From contig JAPDFW010000059.1 in assembly GCA_028826165.1 (NCBI GenBank), positions 1,240,001 to 1,304,000 of the forward strand: a stretch of 64,000 nucleotides of DNA, read 5' to 3'. A program made the translations under genes and the position numbers. The notes beneath the pieces are model-generated. The model had not been told where the DNA came from. It did no database searches and saw only the letters and a program-made list of their open reading frames with translations. Numbering within the stretch: the stretch's first letter is position 1; each line of letters opens with the position of its first letter. Positions 23,358 to 35,789 of the stretch are shown here, in pieces. Origin of the DNA: Anaeramoeba ignava BMAN. Lineage: Eukaryota > Protista > Anaeramoebae.

Positions 23358-26300
23358 ATGACAAATATAAATTTAAGTTCAGATGATTTAATTCAAAATG
23401 AAACAACAAGTTTAGTTCAAGGAATTGAATATTTAGATGAAGATGAGTCAATAAATGGAATATCAAAATTTCGTCAAAAAAAATATGAAAAAAAATTAAA
23501 AATCAATTTATTAATTTTTATTTCTATTGCTGTTGTTTTTATTTTTGTTGGTATTCTTTTAACTACTAAAGTTTTTTCTCATCCTCAAGATACTTCTAAT
23601 CAAATTCTTCAAGAACCAGTTGGAGTTTTTTATATTGTTAATGATTTTCATATTAACTTACGTATAATATTAAATTGAAAATTAAATTGAAAATTGAATT
23701 AAATTAAAAATTAAATTGAATTGAATATTAAATTAAAAATTGAATATTGAAAATTAAATATTGAATTAAAAATTAAATATTGAAAATTGAATTAAATTAA
23801 ATATTGAATTGATTATTAAATATTAAATTGAAAATTGAATTAAATATTGAATTAAAAATTAAATTAAAAATTAAATTAAAAATTAAATTAAAAATTGAAT
23901 TGAATTGAATTGAATATTGAATTGAATTGAATATTGAATTGAATTGAATTAAAAATTAAATTGAAAATTGAATTAAAAATTGAATTGAAAATTGAATTAA
24001 AAAAAAAATTGAATTAAATTGAAAAATTGAATTGAAAAATTGAATTGAAAAAATTGAATTGAAAATTGAATTGAAAATTGAATTGAAAATTGAATTGAAA
24101 ATTAAATTGAAAATTGAATTTAAAAATTGAATTGAATTGAATTAAAAAAATTGAATTAAATATTGAAATTAAATTGAAAATTAAATTAAATTGAATTAAA
24201 AATTAAATTGAAATTTAAATTAAAAAATTGAATTGAAATGAAAAAAATTAAATTGAAAATTAAATTGAATTGAAATTGAAAATTGAATTGAATTTATTTA
24301 AATTGAAAATTAAATTGAATATTAAATTGAAAATTGAATTGAAAATTGAATTGAATATTAAATTGAAAATTGAATTGAAAATTGAATTGAATTGATTTGA
24401 ATATTAAATTGAAAATTAAATTAAATATTGAATTAAAGATTGAATTAAAATTGAAAATTAAATAAATTTAGAATATGAAATTGAATTTAATCAAAAACAA
24501 ATTATTAAATTCAGGAACACCAGTTTATATTACATAAAATTAATTAGGTTATTATGGAAGAATGGGTGTGATCCTCCTCTGATAACATTAAAATGAAAAA
24601 TTGAAGTGTTGAAATATTTTGAAATCAAATTTATTTAAATATTTAGAAATTATATTTATATAAATATTTTGAAATCAAATTTATATAAATATTTTGAAAT
24701 CAAATTTATATAAATATTTTGAAATCAAATTTATTTAAATATTTTAAAATTAAATTAAAATATTTTGAAATTGATTTATATAAATATTAAAAATCAAATG
24801 AATATAAATATTTAAAAAAATTGAATATAAAATTTTAAAATTATATTTATTTAAATATTTTGAAATCAAAATTTAATATAAATTTAAATATTTTAAAATC
24901 AAATTTTATATAAATATTTAGAAATTAAATTGATATAAATATTTAATCAAAAACAAATTTAAAAATTTTGAAATTATATTTATTTAGTTTATTTAGAAAA
25001 TATATTTATATAAATATTTAGAGGTTATATTTGGAAGATAAATGTGATCCTTAAATTCTAGTAAACATTTTAAATCAAATTTATATAAATATTTTGAAAT
25101 CAAATTTATTTAAATATTTTAAAATCAAATTTATTTAGATATTTAGAAATCAAATTTATATAAATATTTAGAAATCAAATTTATATAAATATTTTGAAAT
25201 CAAATTTATTTAAATATTTTAAAATCAAATTTATATAAATATTTTGAAATCAAATTTATTTAAATATTTAGAAATCAAATTTATTTAAATATTTTGAAAT
25301 CAAATTTATTTAAATATTTAGAAATCAAATTTATTTAAATATTTAGAAATCAAATTTATATAAATATTTTGAAATCAAATTTATATAAATATTTAAATTA
25401 AAACTAAAATAAATGATGAAAATAGAGTCAAAAAAATTGCAAATGAAATAACAGAAAATGATTTTATAATTCTTCTTGGAGATATGCCAGCACATTTTAT
25501 TTACGATGAAAATCTTAACGAAGAAACAATAACTAATGTTTCAGCAGAATTTAGGAAATACATGCCAACTATCCCGATGTTTCCATTAATTGGAAACGGA
25601 GAATGTTTTCCTGATTATGAATTGAATTTCACAAAAAATAATTCACGATTGCAATTATTAGCAAGTATTTATTCGCAATATGACTTTCTTCAAAACGGAA
25701 CAAGTCAAATGGAAACATTTCAAACGGGCGGTTATTATCGCATCAGTCTCGATGAACTATTTGGAAAAAGAAATTATGGAGGAAATCAATTGGCTCAAGT
25801 TAATTCTGATTTAATCATTTTGAACTCCATTTATTATTCTCAACAACATGAACCAACAACTTGGCCAAATGGTACTGTTCCTACAGATCCAGTTGACCAA
25901 TTGGCTTGGCTGGAAACACAACTTATTGATATTAAAAATAGTGGTAAAACTGCTATGATTTTTTTGCATATTCCTCCTGGTGGAAATGCTTATAGTGATG
26001 AAGCTAATTGGTTTGAAATTTATGAACAACCTTATCTGGATCTTGTTTACAAAGTACAAAAGAATATTTATTATTTATTATTTATTATTTATTATTTAAT
26101 ATTTAATATTTATTATTTAATATTTATTATTTATTATTTATTATTTATTATTTAATATTTATTATTTAATATTTATTATTTATTATTTATTATTTATTAT
26201 TTATTATTTATTATTTATTATTTATTATTTAATATTTATTATTTAATATTTATTATTTAATATTTAATATTTAATATTTAATATTTATTATTTAATATTT

Positions 26301-27434
26301 AATATTAAATATTTATTATTTAATATTTATTATTTATTATTTAATATTTAATATTTATTATTTAATATTTAATATTTAATATTTAATATTTAATATTTAT
26401 TATTTAATATTTAATATTTAATATTTATTATTTAATATTTAATATTTAATATTATTTAATATTTAATATTTAATATTTATAATTTATTATTTATTATTTA
26501 ATATTAATATTTAATATTTAATATTTAATATTTAATATTTATTATTTATTATTTATTATTATTTTTAGTATTCTGATGTAATTACTGCTCAATTTAGTGG
26601 TCATTTCCATACAGATGATTTTAGAGCACAAATTAATGGTAATTTATTTTTCTAATTCTAAAAAATAATTAAAATAAATAATTTAAAAAAAATAATTTTA
26701 ATTTCTTTTAAAAAATCTTAAACAGGAACAAATTATTATTCATCTTTAATTTCACCAGCAGTTACACCAGATCATTTTACAAACCCAGCATTTAGAAAAA
26801 TTACTTATAATATTTCAACAGGAGAAATTCTTGATTATTATCAATATTTTTTTGATCTTCATCAAATGAATGCACAAACTTTAAATAATAATTTTACAAT
26901 TAATTGGATTGAAGGATATACTTTTACACAAGCTTATCAAGTATAATAAAACAATTTAATTTAATATTCAATTTAATATTTAATTTAATTTTCAATTTAA
27001 TATTTAATATTCAATATTTAATTTAATATTTAATTTAATATTTAATTTAATATTCAATTTAATATTCAATTTAATATTTAATATTTAATATTTAATATTT
27101 AATATTCAATTTAATATTTAATATTTAATATTTAATATTTAATTCAATATTTAATTCAATTTAATTTAATATTTAATATTTAATTTAATTGAAATAGAAA
27201 CCAAATCTTTCTCCTCAATCTTTATATCAAGCTATTCAAGAAATTATCCAAAACCCAATTGATTTTGCATTTTGGTCAATTCGTCATACTGTTTTTTATG
27301 TTGCGGATAGATCAGCTTATGATTGTTCTTTAGTTTTTGTTGAAAATTCAAATTTCTTTAATTGTGTTGCAAATGCTTATGATGATGAAATTGTTTCTCT
27401 TGATTTAATTCGTTCAAAAAGAAAAGAATTATAA
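23358..27434 (+). CDS. Acid sphingomyelinase-like (SMPDL3/ASM family) metallophosphoesterase, type II membrane anchor, multi-exon; exon 2 (~24470-24610) garbled
   Basis: N-terminal TM; motifs NDFH, YGR.GCDPP (garbled, ~24555), LLGDMPAH, LIGNGE, DQLAWLE, HIPPG, GHFHTDDFR, SPAVTP...NPAFR. Introns include 23662-~24471, ~24610-25425, 26054-26568, 26941-27197. Ends ...KRKEL*. Confidence 0.85.
23662..24471 (+). repeat. Intronic AAATTG/AATTG degenerate satellite
   Basis: Visible repeat after the GTATAA donor. Confidence 0.85.
24610..25400 (+). repeat. Intronic ~25-bp minisatellite (GAAATCAAATTTATATAAATATTTT)
   Basis: Tandem units clearest at 25070-25395. Confidence 0.85.
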
Positions 27435-28283
27435 TAATAATTAAAACTTTACTTTCTTTTTTTACTTTCTTTTTTTTTTACTTTCTTTTTTCAATTAATT
27501 TCAAAAAAAAAATAATAAAGAAAATTGATTTAATTTTTTATTTTAAAATACAATTAAAAATACAATTAAAAATTAATAATTAAAAATATAAATAAATAAG
27601 AGTAAACAGATTCTTAATTAATTAGCAATTTTGATTGTTGATTTGATTAAAATAATATTATTTTGGAAAATGAGAATAAATATAATAAAAAAGGAAGAAA
27701 TAATTGAAAAGTTAAAAAAATTTTTTTTGGAAATTCAAATTGATAAAAGGAAATCAAATCAAATCAAATCAAATTGAAAAAAAATAAATTAACTCTCTTG
27801 TTTCTTCGAAATGAATTAATAAAAACAATCATGAATAAATTGATTTCGTTTGGAAGTAATTTTTTTGAATTTTTTTTGATAAATTTTTGATAAATTTTTG
27901 ATAAATTTAATCTTTGCGAAGAATTGCTTTTTTTTTTTCGATTCAAATCAATTAAAATTTTAAATGAAATTTTCAATGAAATTTTTTTTTAAATTCTTCA
28001 TATTTGATTTGAACTGATTTTTTTCTAATTGAGTAAATAGTTTAAATTTGTTGAATCAATTCTTCAGATTTTGAGTGTAAATTTTTGTTTTTCTGGTTTA
28101 TTGATTAGAACTGAAATTCTTGATTGAAGATTTTTGGTTGTAAATCAAGTAAAAGAAATGATAATTGAAAAAAGAATATTTTGAACTTTTTTGAAAGTTT
28201 TCTGAAAAAAATGTTTTTTTTTTTTTTGATTTTTTCTTTTTCTTTTTCTTTTTCTTTTTCTTTTTCTTTTCCTTGAAATAAAA

Positions 28284-31200
28284 TTAAGCGTTCATATAAG
28301 TGCTAACATCGATTTCTTTAGGTAATTCTGAGATTTCAACTTCAAATCTTGATTGAACTTGATTAAGGATCTAAATAATAAAATAAAATAAAATAAAATA
28401 ATTAAATGATAAAATTAATAAAAAAAAAATGTCAAAAAAATAAAAAGTATTTTTTTTACTTCGACATCAGCATTTGAAGAACAGAAAGTGATTGTCAATC
28501 CTTTTGTGCCAAATCTTCCAGCTCTTCCAACTCGATGAAGATAAACATCTGTATTTGGCGGCATATCATAATTGATAACAATATTCACTCTTTCAATATC
28601 GATTCCTCTTCCGAAAATATCTGTTGCAACAAGCAATCTTTGTTTAAACTGTTTGAATTCTCTGTATCTTTGAATTCTTTCTGGTTGTGAAAGATTTGAA
28701 TGCATGCAAATTGATGGGAAATTATTTTCTCGCAGAAGTTTATTCAAGGCTTTAGCTCTAGCGACTGAGTTGACAAACATAACAACCTAAAAAGAAATAT
28801 TTTTAAATATTTTTTATTTCATTTATTTTTTTTCAATTTATTTTATTTACTTGATTGAATTCAAGAGCATCAAGGAGATCAATTAATTTCGCACTTTTTT
28901 CTTTTTCATCAAGATTTAAGAAATGTTGACGTAATCCATGAAGAGTTAATTTTGTATCATCATCAATAAAAATTTCGGTCGGCTAATTAATTTTATATTT
29001 AATTTTATATTTAATTTTATAAATAATTTAATATTTAATTTTATAAATAAATTTATATTTAATTTTATATTTAATTTTTATATTTAATTTTATAAATAAT
29101 TTTATAAATAATTTAATAAATAATTTAATATTTAATTTTATATTTAATTTTATATTTAATTTTATATTTAATTTTATATTTAATTTTATAAATAATTTTA
29201 TATTTAATTTTATAAATAATTTTATAAATAATTTTATAAATAATTTTATAAATAATTTTATAAATAATTTTATAAATAATTTTATAAATAATTTTATAAA
29301 TAATTTTATAAATAATTTTATAATTAATTTTATAAATAATTTTATAAATAATTTTTATATTTAATTTTTATATTTAATTTTATATATAATTTTATATTTA
29401 ATTTTATAAATAATTTTATATTTAATTTTATATTTAATTTTATAAATAATTTTTATAAAATAATTTTATAAATAATTTTATAAATAATTTTATATTTAAT
29501 TTTATATTTAATTTTATAAATAATTTTATAAATAAATTTATATATAATTTTAATAAATAATTTTATATTTAATTTTTATATTTAAATTAATATTTAATTT
29601 TATAATTAATTTTATATTTAATTTTATAAATAATTTTATAATTTAATTTTATATTTAATTTTATAAATAATTTTATATTTAATTTTTATTTAATTTTTAT
29701 ATATAATTTTATATTTAATTTTATATTTAATTTTATATTTAATTTTATATTTAATTTTATATTTAATTTTATATTTAATTTTATAAATAATTTTATATTT
29801 AATTTTATATTTAATTTTATAAATAATTTTATATTTAATTTTATATTTAATTTTATATTTAATTTTATATATAATTTAATAATAATTTTATAATTAATTT
29901 TATATATAAATTTATATTTAATTTTATATTTAATTTTATAATTAATTTTATAATTAATTTTATATTTAATTTTATATATAAATATTTAAGTACACTATGC
30001 ATAAACTTCTTGCAAACGATACGAATCTCTTTTGGTAAAGTTGCTGAAAACATCATAACTTGTTTGTGATGTGGAGTTTGTCGAAAGATTTGCTGAACAT
30101 CTGCTCGCATGTCTGTTCATAATTTGTTGTTATTTTTGCATCAGTGTTTTGTTTTACTCTTCAAACCCGCTCTTTTTTTTTTCTCTCACTCAAGAATAAA
30201 AAAAAAACTCAAAAGAAATTTCAAAAAAAATTTTTTTCTTTTGCAAACCTAAAGCTTCAAGCATGTTATCACATTCATCAATCACAAATATCTTCACATC
30301 TTTTAAATTAAGCACGTTATCTCTTATTAATGCGCAAACTCTTCCAGGAGTTCCAACAACGATATTCGGATGGCTAGAAATTTAAATATTTATTTTAATA
30401 TTATAAATAAATTTTAATTTTAATTTTAATTTTAATTTTAATTTTAATTTTGATTTTGATTTTATAAATGAATTTTAATTTTAATTTTAATTTTAATTTT
30501 AAATTTTAATTTTAATTTTTTTAATTTTAATTTTAATTTTAATTTTAATTTTAATTTTTAATTTTAATTTTAATTTTAATTTTAATTTTAATTTTAATTT
30601 TAATTTTAATTTTAATTTTAATTTTAATTTTAATTTTAATTTTAATTTTAATTTTAATTTTAATTTTTAATTTTAATTTAAATTTTGATTTTATAAATGA
30701 ATTTTAATTTTAAATTGTTTACTTCAGACGGAGGCTTTCAATGTTCTTAGATTCTGGAATTCCACCATAAACGCATTCGATCCGGACGTTCTCAATATGT
30801 CTAAATCATTCATCATCAAGATTCCAAGACGTTAATTTTGTTAAAATTTCGAGATCCCAAAAAGTTAAATAAAACCAACTTTGAAAATCGAGTAAATTCG
30901 TCTGAAATTTGAACGGCGAGCTCCCTTGTATGAGCGAGGGCAATAACAACTGGTCCTTCTTCTTTTGTTTGTGCTTTCGGTTTGAAATCGAGTCTATGAA
31001 GGATGGCGAGTACAAATATTGCGGTCTTTTTTATATTTTTAATTTTATAAATGAATTTTAATTTTAATTTTAATTTTAATTATAATTTTAATTATAATTT
31101 TAATTTTAATTTTAATTTTAATTTTAATTTTAAATTTAATTTTGATTTTATAAATTAATTTTAATTTTAATTTTAATTTTAATTTTAATTTTAATTTTTA

Positions 31201-33282
31201 ATTTTAATTTTATAAATGAATTTTAATTTTAATTTTAATATTAATTTTAATTTTAAATTTAATTATAATTTTAATTTTGATTTTATAAATTAATTTTAAT
31301 TATAAATTAATTTTAATTATAAATTAATTTTAATTATTTTAATTTTAATTTTAATTTATGAAACTCTACTTTTCCCATTCCAGATTTTGCTTGACAGAGA
31401 ATGTCCATTCCAGATATAGCTTTTGGTAAAGCTTGATATTGAACTATTTTAAAATAAAAATTTAAATAAAAAATTTTAATTGAATAATTAGGTAAAAAAT
31501 TAATACCTTCTGAAGGTTGTTCAAATCCATTCTCAGTTATTGACTTTAATTAATTCGGTTCTTAAAAGGAAATCACGGAAACCTGAAGAATGTAATCCAG
31601 AATAATGTCCTCTAATTAAAATAAAATAAAATAAAATGGATATTTATATTTATATTTATATTTATATTTATAATTATATTTATAATTATATTTATAATTA
31701 TATTTATAATTATATTTATATTTATATTTAATTTATTTATATTTATATTTTATATTTTTATTATTTATATTTATATTTATATTTATATTTATATTTATAT
31801 TTATATTTATATTTATATTTATATTTATATTTATATTTATATTTATATTTATATTTATATTTATATTTATATTTATATTTATATTTATATTTATATTTAT
31901 ATTTATATTTATATTTATAATTATATTTATATTTATATTTATATTTATATTTATATTTATATTTATATTTATATTTTTATATTTTATATTTATATTTATA
32001 TTTATATTTATATTTATATTTATATTTATATTTATATTTATTATTTATATTTATATTTTATTTTTATGTATATTTATATTTTATATTTATATTTATATTT
32101 TAGTATTTATATTTATGTTTATATTTATATTTATATTTATATTTATATTTATATTTTATATTTATGTTTATATTTATATTTATATTTATATTTATATTTA
32201 TATTTATATTTTTATTTATATTTATATTTATATTTATGTTATATTTTATATTTATATTTATATTTTATATTTATATATTTATATTTATATTTTATATTTT
32301 ATATTTATATTTATATTTATATTTATATTTATATTTATATTTATATTTATATTTATATTTATAATATTTATATTTTATATATTTATATTTATATTTTTTT
32401 ATATTTTTATTTTTATTTTTATTTATTTATATTTATATTTATATTTTATATATTTTATATTTATATTTATATTTATATTTATATTTTATATTTATATATT
32501 TATATTTATATTTATATTTATATTTATATTTTTATATTTTATATATTTATATTTTATATTTTATATTTATATTTTATTTTATTTTTATTTATTTTATTTT
32601 TATATTTTATATTTATTTATATTTATATTTATATTTTATATTTTATTTATATTTATGTTTATATTATATTTTATATTTTTATTTATATTTTATGTTTATA
32701 TTTATATTTTTATGTTTATATTTATATTTATATTTTATATTTATATTTATATTTATATTTTATATTTATATTTATATTTATATTTATATTTATATTTATA
32801 TTTATATTTATATATTTATATTTATATTTATATTTATATTTATATTTATATTTATGTTTATATTTATATTTATATTTATATTTATATTTATATTTATATT
32901 TATATTTATATTTATATTTATATTTATATTTATATTTATATTTATATTTATATTTATATTTATATTTATATTTATATTTATATTTATATTTATATTTATA
33001 TTTATATTTATATTTATATTTATATTTATATTTATATTTATATTTATATTTATATTTATATTTATATTTATATTTATATTTATATTTATATTTATATTTA
33101 TATTTATATTTTTATTTATATTTATATTGAAAAGAAAAAAGGAAAAAAAAATAAACAAAAATTTACTTTTTAATATCTTTTGTTTTTTTTAATTTTTCTG
33201 TTTCATTTTGTTTTTCTGTTTCATTTTCTGCTTCATTTTGTTGATTTTCATCCTCATAATCTGGAAGATCGTAGTCTGACAT
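28284..33282 (-). CDS. DDX39: DEAD-box (DECD) RNA helicase UAP56/Sub2/DDX39, about ten exons; 1 apparent frameshift ~31550
   Basis: [109 protein letters not shown]; GT-AG introns. Confidence 0.95.
28983..29993 (-). repeat. 1.0-kb UAP56 intron of ATAAAATTAAAT/ATAAAATTATTT 12-mer satellite
   Basis: GTACTT donor and TTAG acceptor; repeat visible. Confidence 0.85.
31612..33166 (-). repeat. 1.55-kb UAP56 intron 1 of (TATAAA)n
   Basis: GTAAAT donor and TTAG acceptor; (TTTATA)n on the + strand generates the spurious IYIY/FIFI ORFs. Confidence 0.9.
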
Positions 33283-33518
33283 TTTTATTAAAGAATTTTT
33301 AATAAAAAAAAGGAAAAATAAAAGAGAATAAAGGAAAAAATGAAAAAAAAAATTAAAAAAAAAATTTTTTATTTAATTAATAATTTTTATTAAATAATTA
33401 CTAATTTTTATATTATTTTATAAATAAAAAACCGTTAAAAAAAAAATTAAATTAAAATTAAATTAAAAAATTCAAAATTAATTTTTTCAATTTTTTTCTT
33501 TTCTATTTTTATTTTTAA

Positions 33519-35715
33519 ATGGAATCTTCTATTGAATCTTTTTTAGAAAAAGAATGTTTAAATAAAGACAATCAAATTTCTTATAAATTTATTTCTGAAA
33601 ATTTTGGTTGTGCTATTCCTCAATCAAAATTGTATAAATTTTAAATTTAATTTAGATTTTGAATTTAATTCTAATTTTAAATTTAAATTCTAATTTTAAT
33701 TTTAATTCTATTTATAAATTAAATTCTTTTCAAAATTTAGAATTTTAAAACAATTCTATCAAAAACATAAAGAAAAACTTCAAGCAAAATACATTATAAT
33801 TGGTTATAATGCAAAAATTCGAAAAATTATTATAAATTCAACAGAAAAACCAATTCCTTTAATGGATGAAATAAGTTCAATCGATATTTTATCAATTGAA
33901 AAATTAAAATCAAAAAATCAATCAATTCCAAATGAAAAAAATATGAGTGAAAAATTTTCCATTTTATCATTTGATTCACCAGGTTTTAGAACAAAAATTA
34001 ATCCATTTAATTTAAAAAAACCAACATTAAAATCAAGTAAACCAAAAATTCAAAGTGATCAATTATTTCCTGAGAAATTTCAAAAAAAAACAGAAGAAAC
34101 AGTTAAAAAACCTTCTTCTTCTTCTTCTCCTTCTGATCCAAAAAAATTGGAAACAAAATCAAATCAATCTATTGAAATTAAAAATGAAAAAAATCAAGAA
34201 AAATTAACAAAGAAAAAATCAAATCAAAAACAAAATGATTCAAAAACAATTTTTAATTTTTTTCAAAAACAATCAAAAGAACAAAAAGAACAAGAAAGAT
34301 CAAAAAAAGAAAAAGAACAAGAAAGATTAGAAAAAGAACAAGAAAAAGAAAGATCAAAAAAAGAAAAAGAACAAGAAAGATTAAAAAAAGAAAAAGAAAA
34401 AGAAAAAGAACAAGAAAGATTAAAAAAAGAAAAAGAAAAAGAAAAAGGAAAATCAAAACCAAAATCAAAATCAAAATCCAAACCAAAATCTAAACCAAAA
34501 TCCAAACCAAAATCAAAATCAAAATCAAAATCAAAATCAAAATCTAAACCAAAATCAAAATCAAAATCAAAATCAAAATCAAAATCAAAATCAAAATCAA
34601 AAAGAAAAAGAAAAAGAAAAAGAAAAAGAAAATCAAAAAATGGATATTGAAGATGTTGAAGAAATGGAAGATATTGAAGATGTTGAAGAAATTGAAGAAA
34701 TAGAAAATATTGAAGAAATAGAAAATATTGAAGAAATGGAAAATATTGAAGAAATGGAAAATATTGAAAATGAAGATGAAAATAAAAATATGAAAGAAGA
34801 TCTTTCTTCAATTACCTCAAATCAAACTCAATATTTAAATACTCAAAAATCAAATAAAGAATCAAAAAATTCAAAAAATTCAAAAAATTCAAAAAATTCA
34901 AAAAAGAAAGCAAAAAAAGGAAAAAGAAAAAAAGATATAAATTTAGAATACGAATATTCTGATTTAAGTGATAATTCTCAAAATAATCTCGAAAATAATT
35001 CTTATAATGATGAATCTTCAAATGATGTTTTTGAATTGGGTGATTCTGAAAATGATTCTGAATCAATTTCTGAATCAGATTCAGATTCAGATTTAAAATT
35101 AAAATCAAAATCAAAATCAGATTTAGATTCAGACTCTATGGATGATTTTATTGATGATTCAAATGATTTTGCAAGTAAATTATTAATTTTAATTTAATTT
35201 AATTTTAATTTTAATTTTAATTAATTTTTAAAAAAGATCGAGAAATTTTTGAAAAAAAAAGAAGAAAAAGAAGAGCAAAAAAAATTATAAAAGAAAAAGA
35301 AGAAAAAGATAAAGTTCAAGATAAAAAACCAAAACCAAAAAAAAGATCCAAAAATTTACCTCCAAAAGTTGAAAATAATATGTTAATTGATAGATTTTTC
35401 AAGAACAAAAAAATTATACCAAAAAGAAAAAAGAAAATAACAAAAACTGTTAAAGATTCAAGAGGATATATTTATATAAAAGAAATTTGGGTTTCAGAAG
35501 AAGAAGATGAATTAAAAAAAGAAGATAAAGATGAATTAAAAAGAAGAGAAAAAGAAAAAGAAAATAAATTAAAAAAAGAAAATGAAAATAAATCAAAAAA
35601 AGAAAATAAAAAAGAAAAAGAAAATAAATTAAAAAAGCAAAATGAAAAAAAAGTGGAACAAAAAAATTCAATTAAAAATCAATCAAGTTTATTCGATTAT
35701 TTATCAAAGAAATAA
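33519..35715 (+). CDS. POLD3: DNA polymerase delta subunit 3 (Pol32/Cdc27/p66); introns 33632-33740 and 35175-35236; apparent frameshift ~34630
   Basis: N-terminal winged-helix-like segment ISYKFISENFGCAIPQSKLILKQFY...YIIIG; long charged linker; C-terminal KRKKKITKTVKDSRGYIYIKEIW; terminal PIP box QSSLFDYL. Confidence 0.8.
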
Positions 35716-35789
35716 AAAATTTTTCTTTTCTTTAATTTTAAATGAATTTTAATTTTAAATGAATTTTAATTTTAAATGAATTTTAATTT

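Noticed and set aside
24610-25400. CRISPR-like periodic repeats (also 49221-50033)
   Set aside because: No unique spacers and no cas genes; they lie within eukaryotic introns.
30801-30879. Box C/D snoRNA (ATGATGA present)
   Set aside because: The box C-like motif is ~10 nt from the 3' splice site with no downstream box D.
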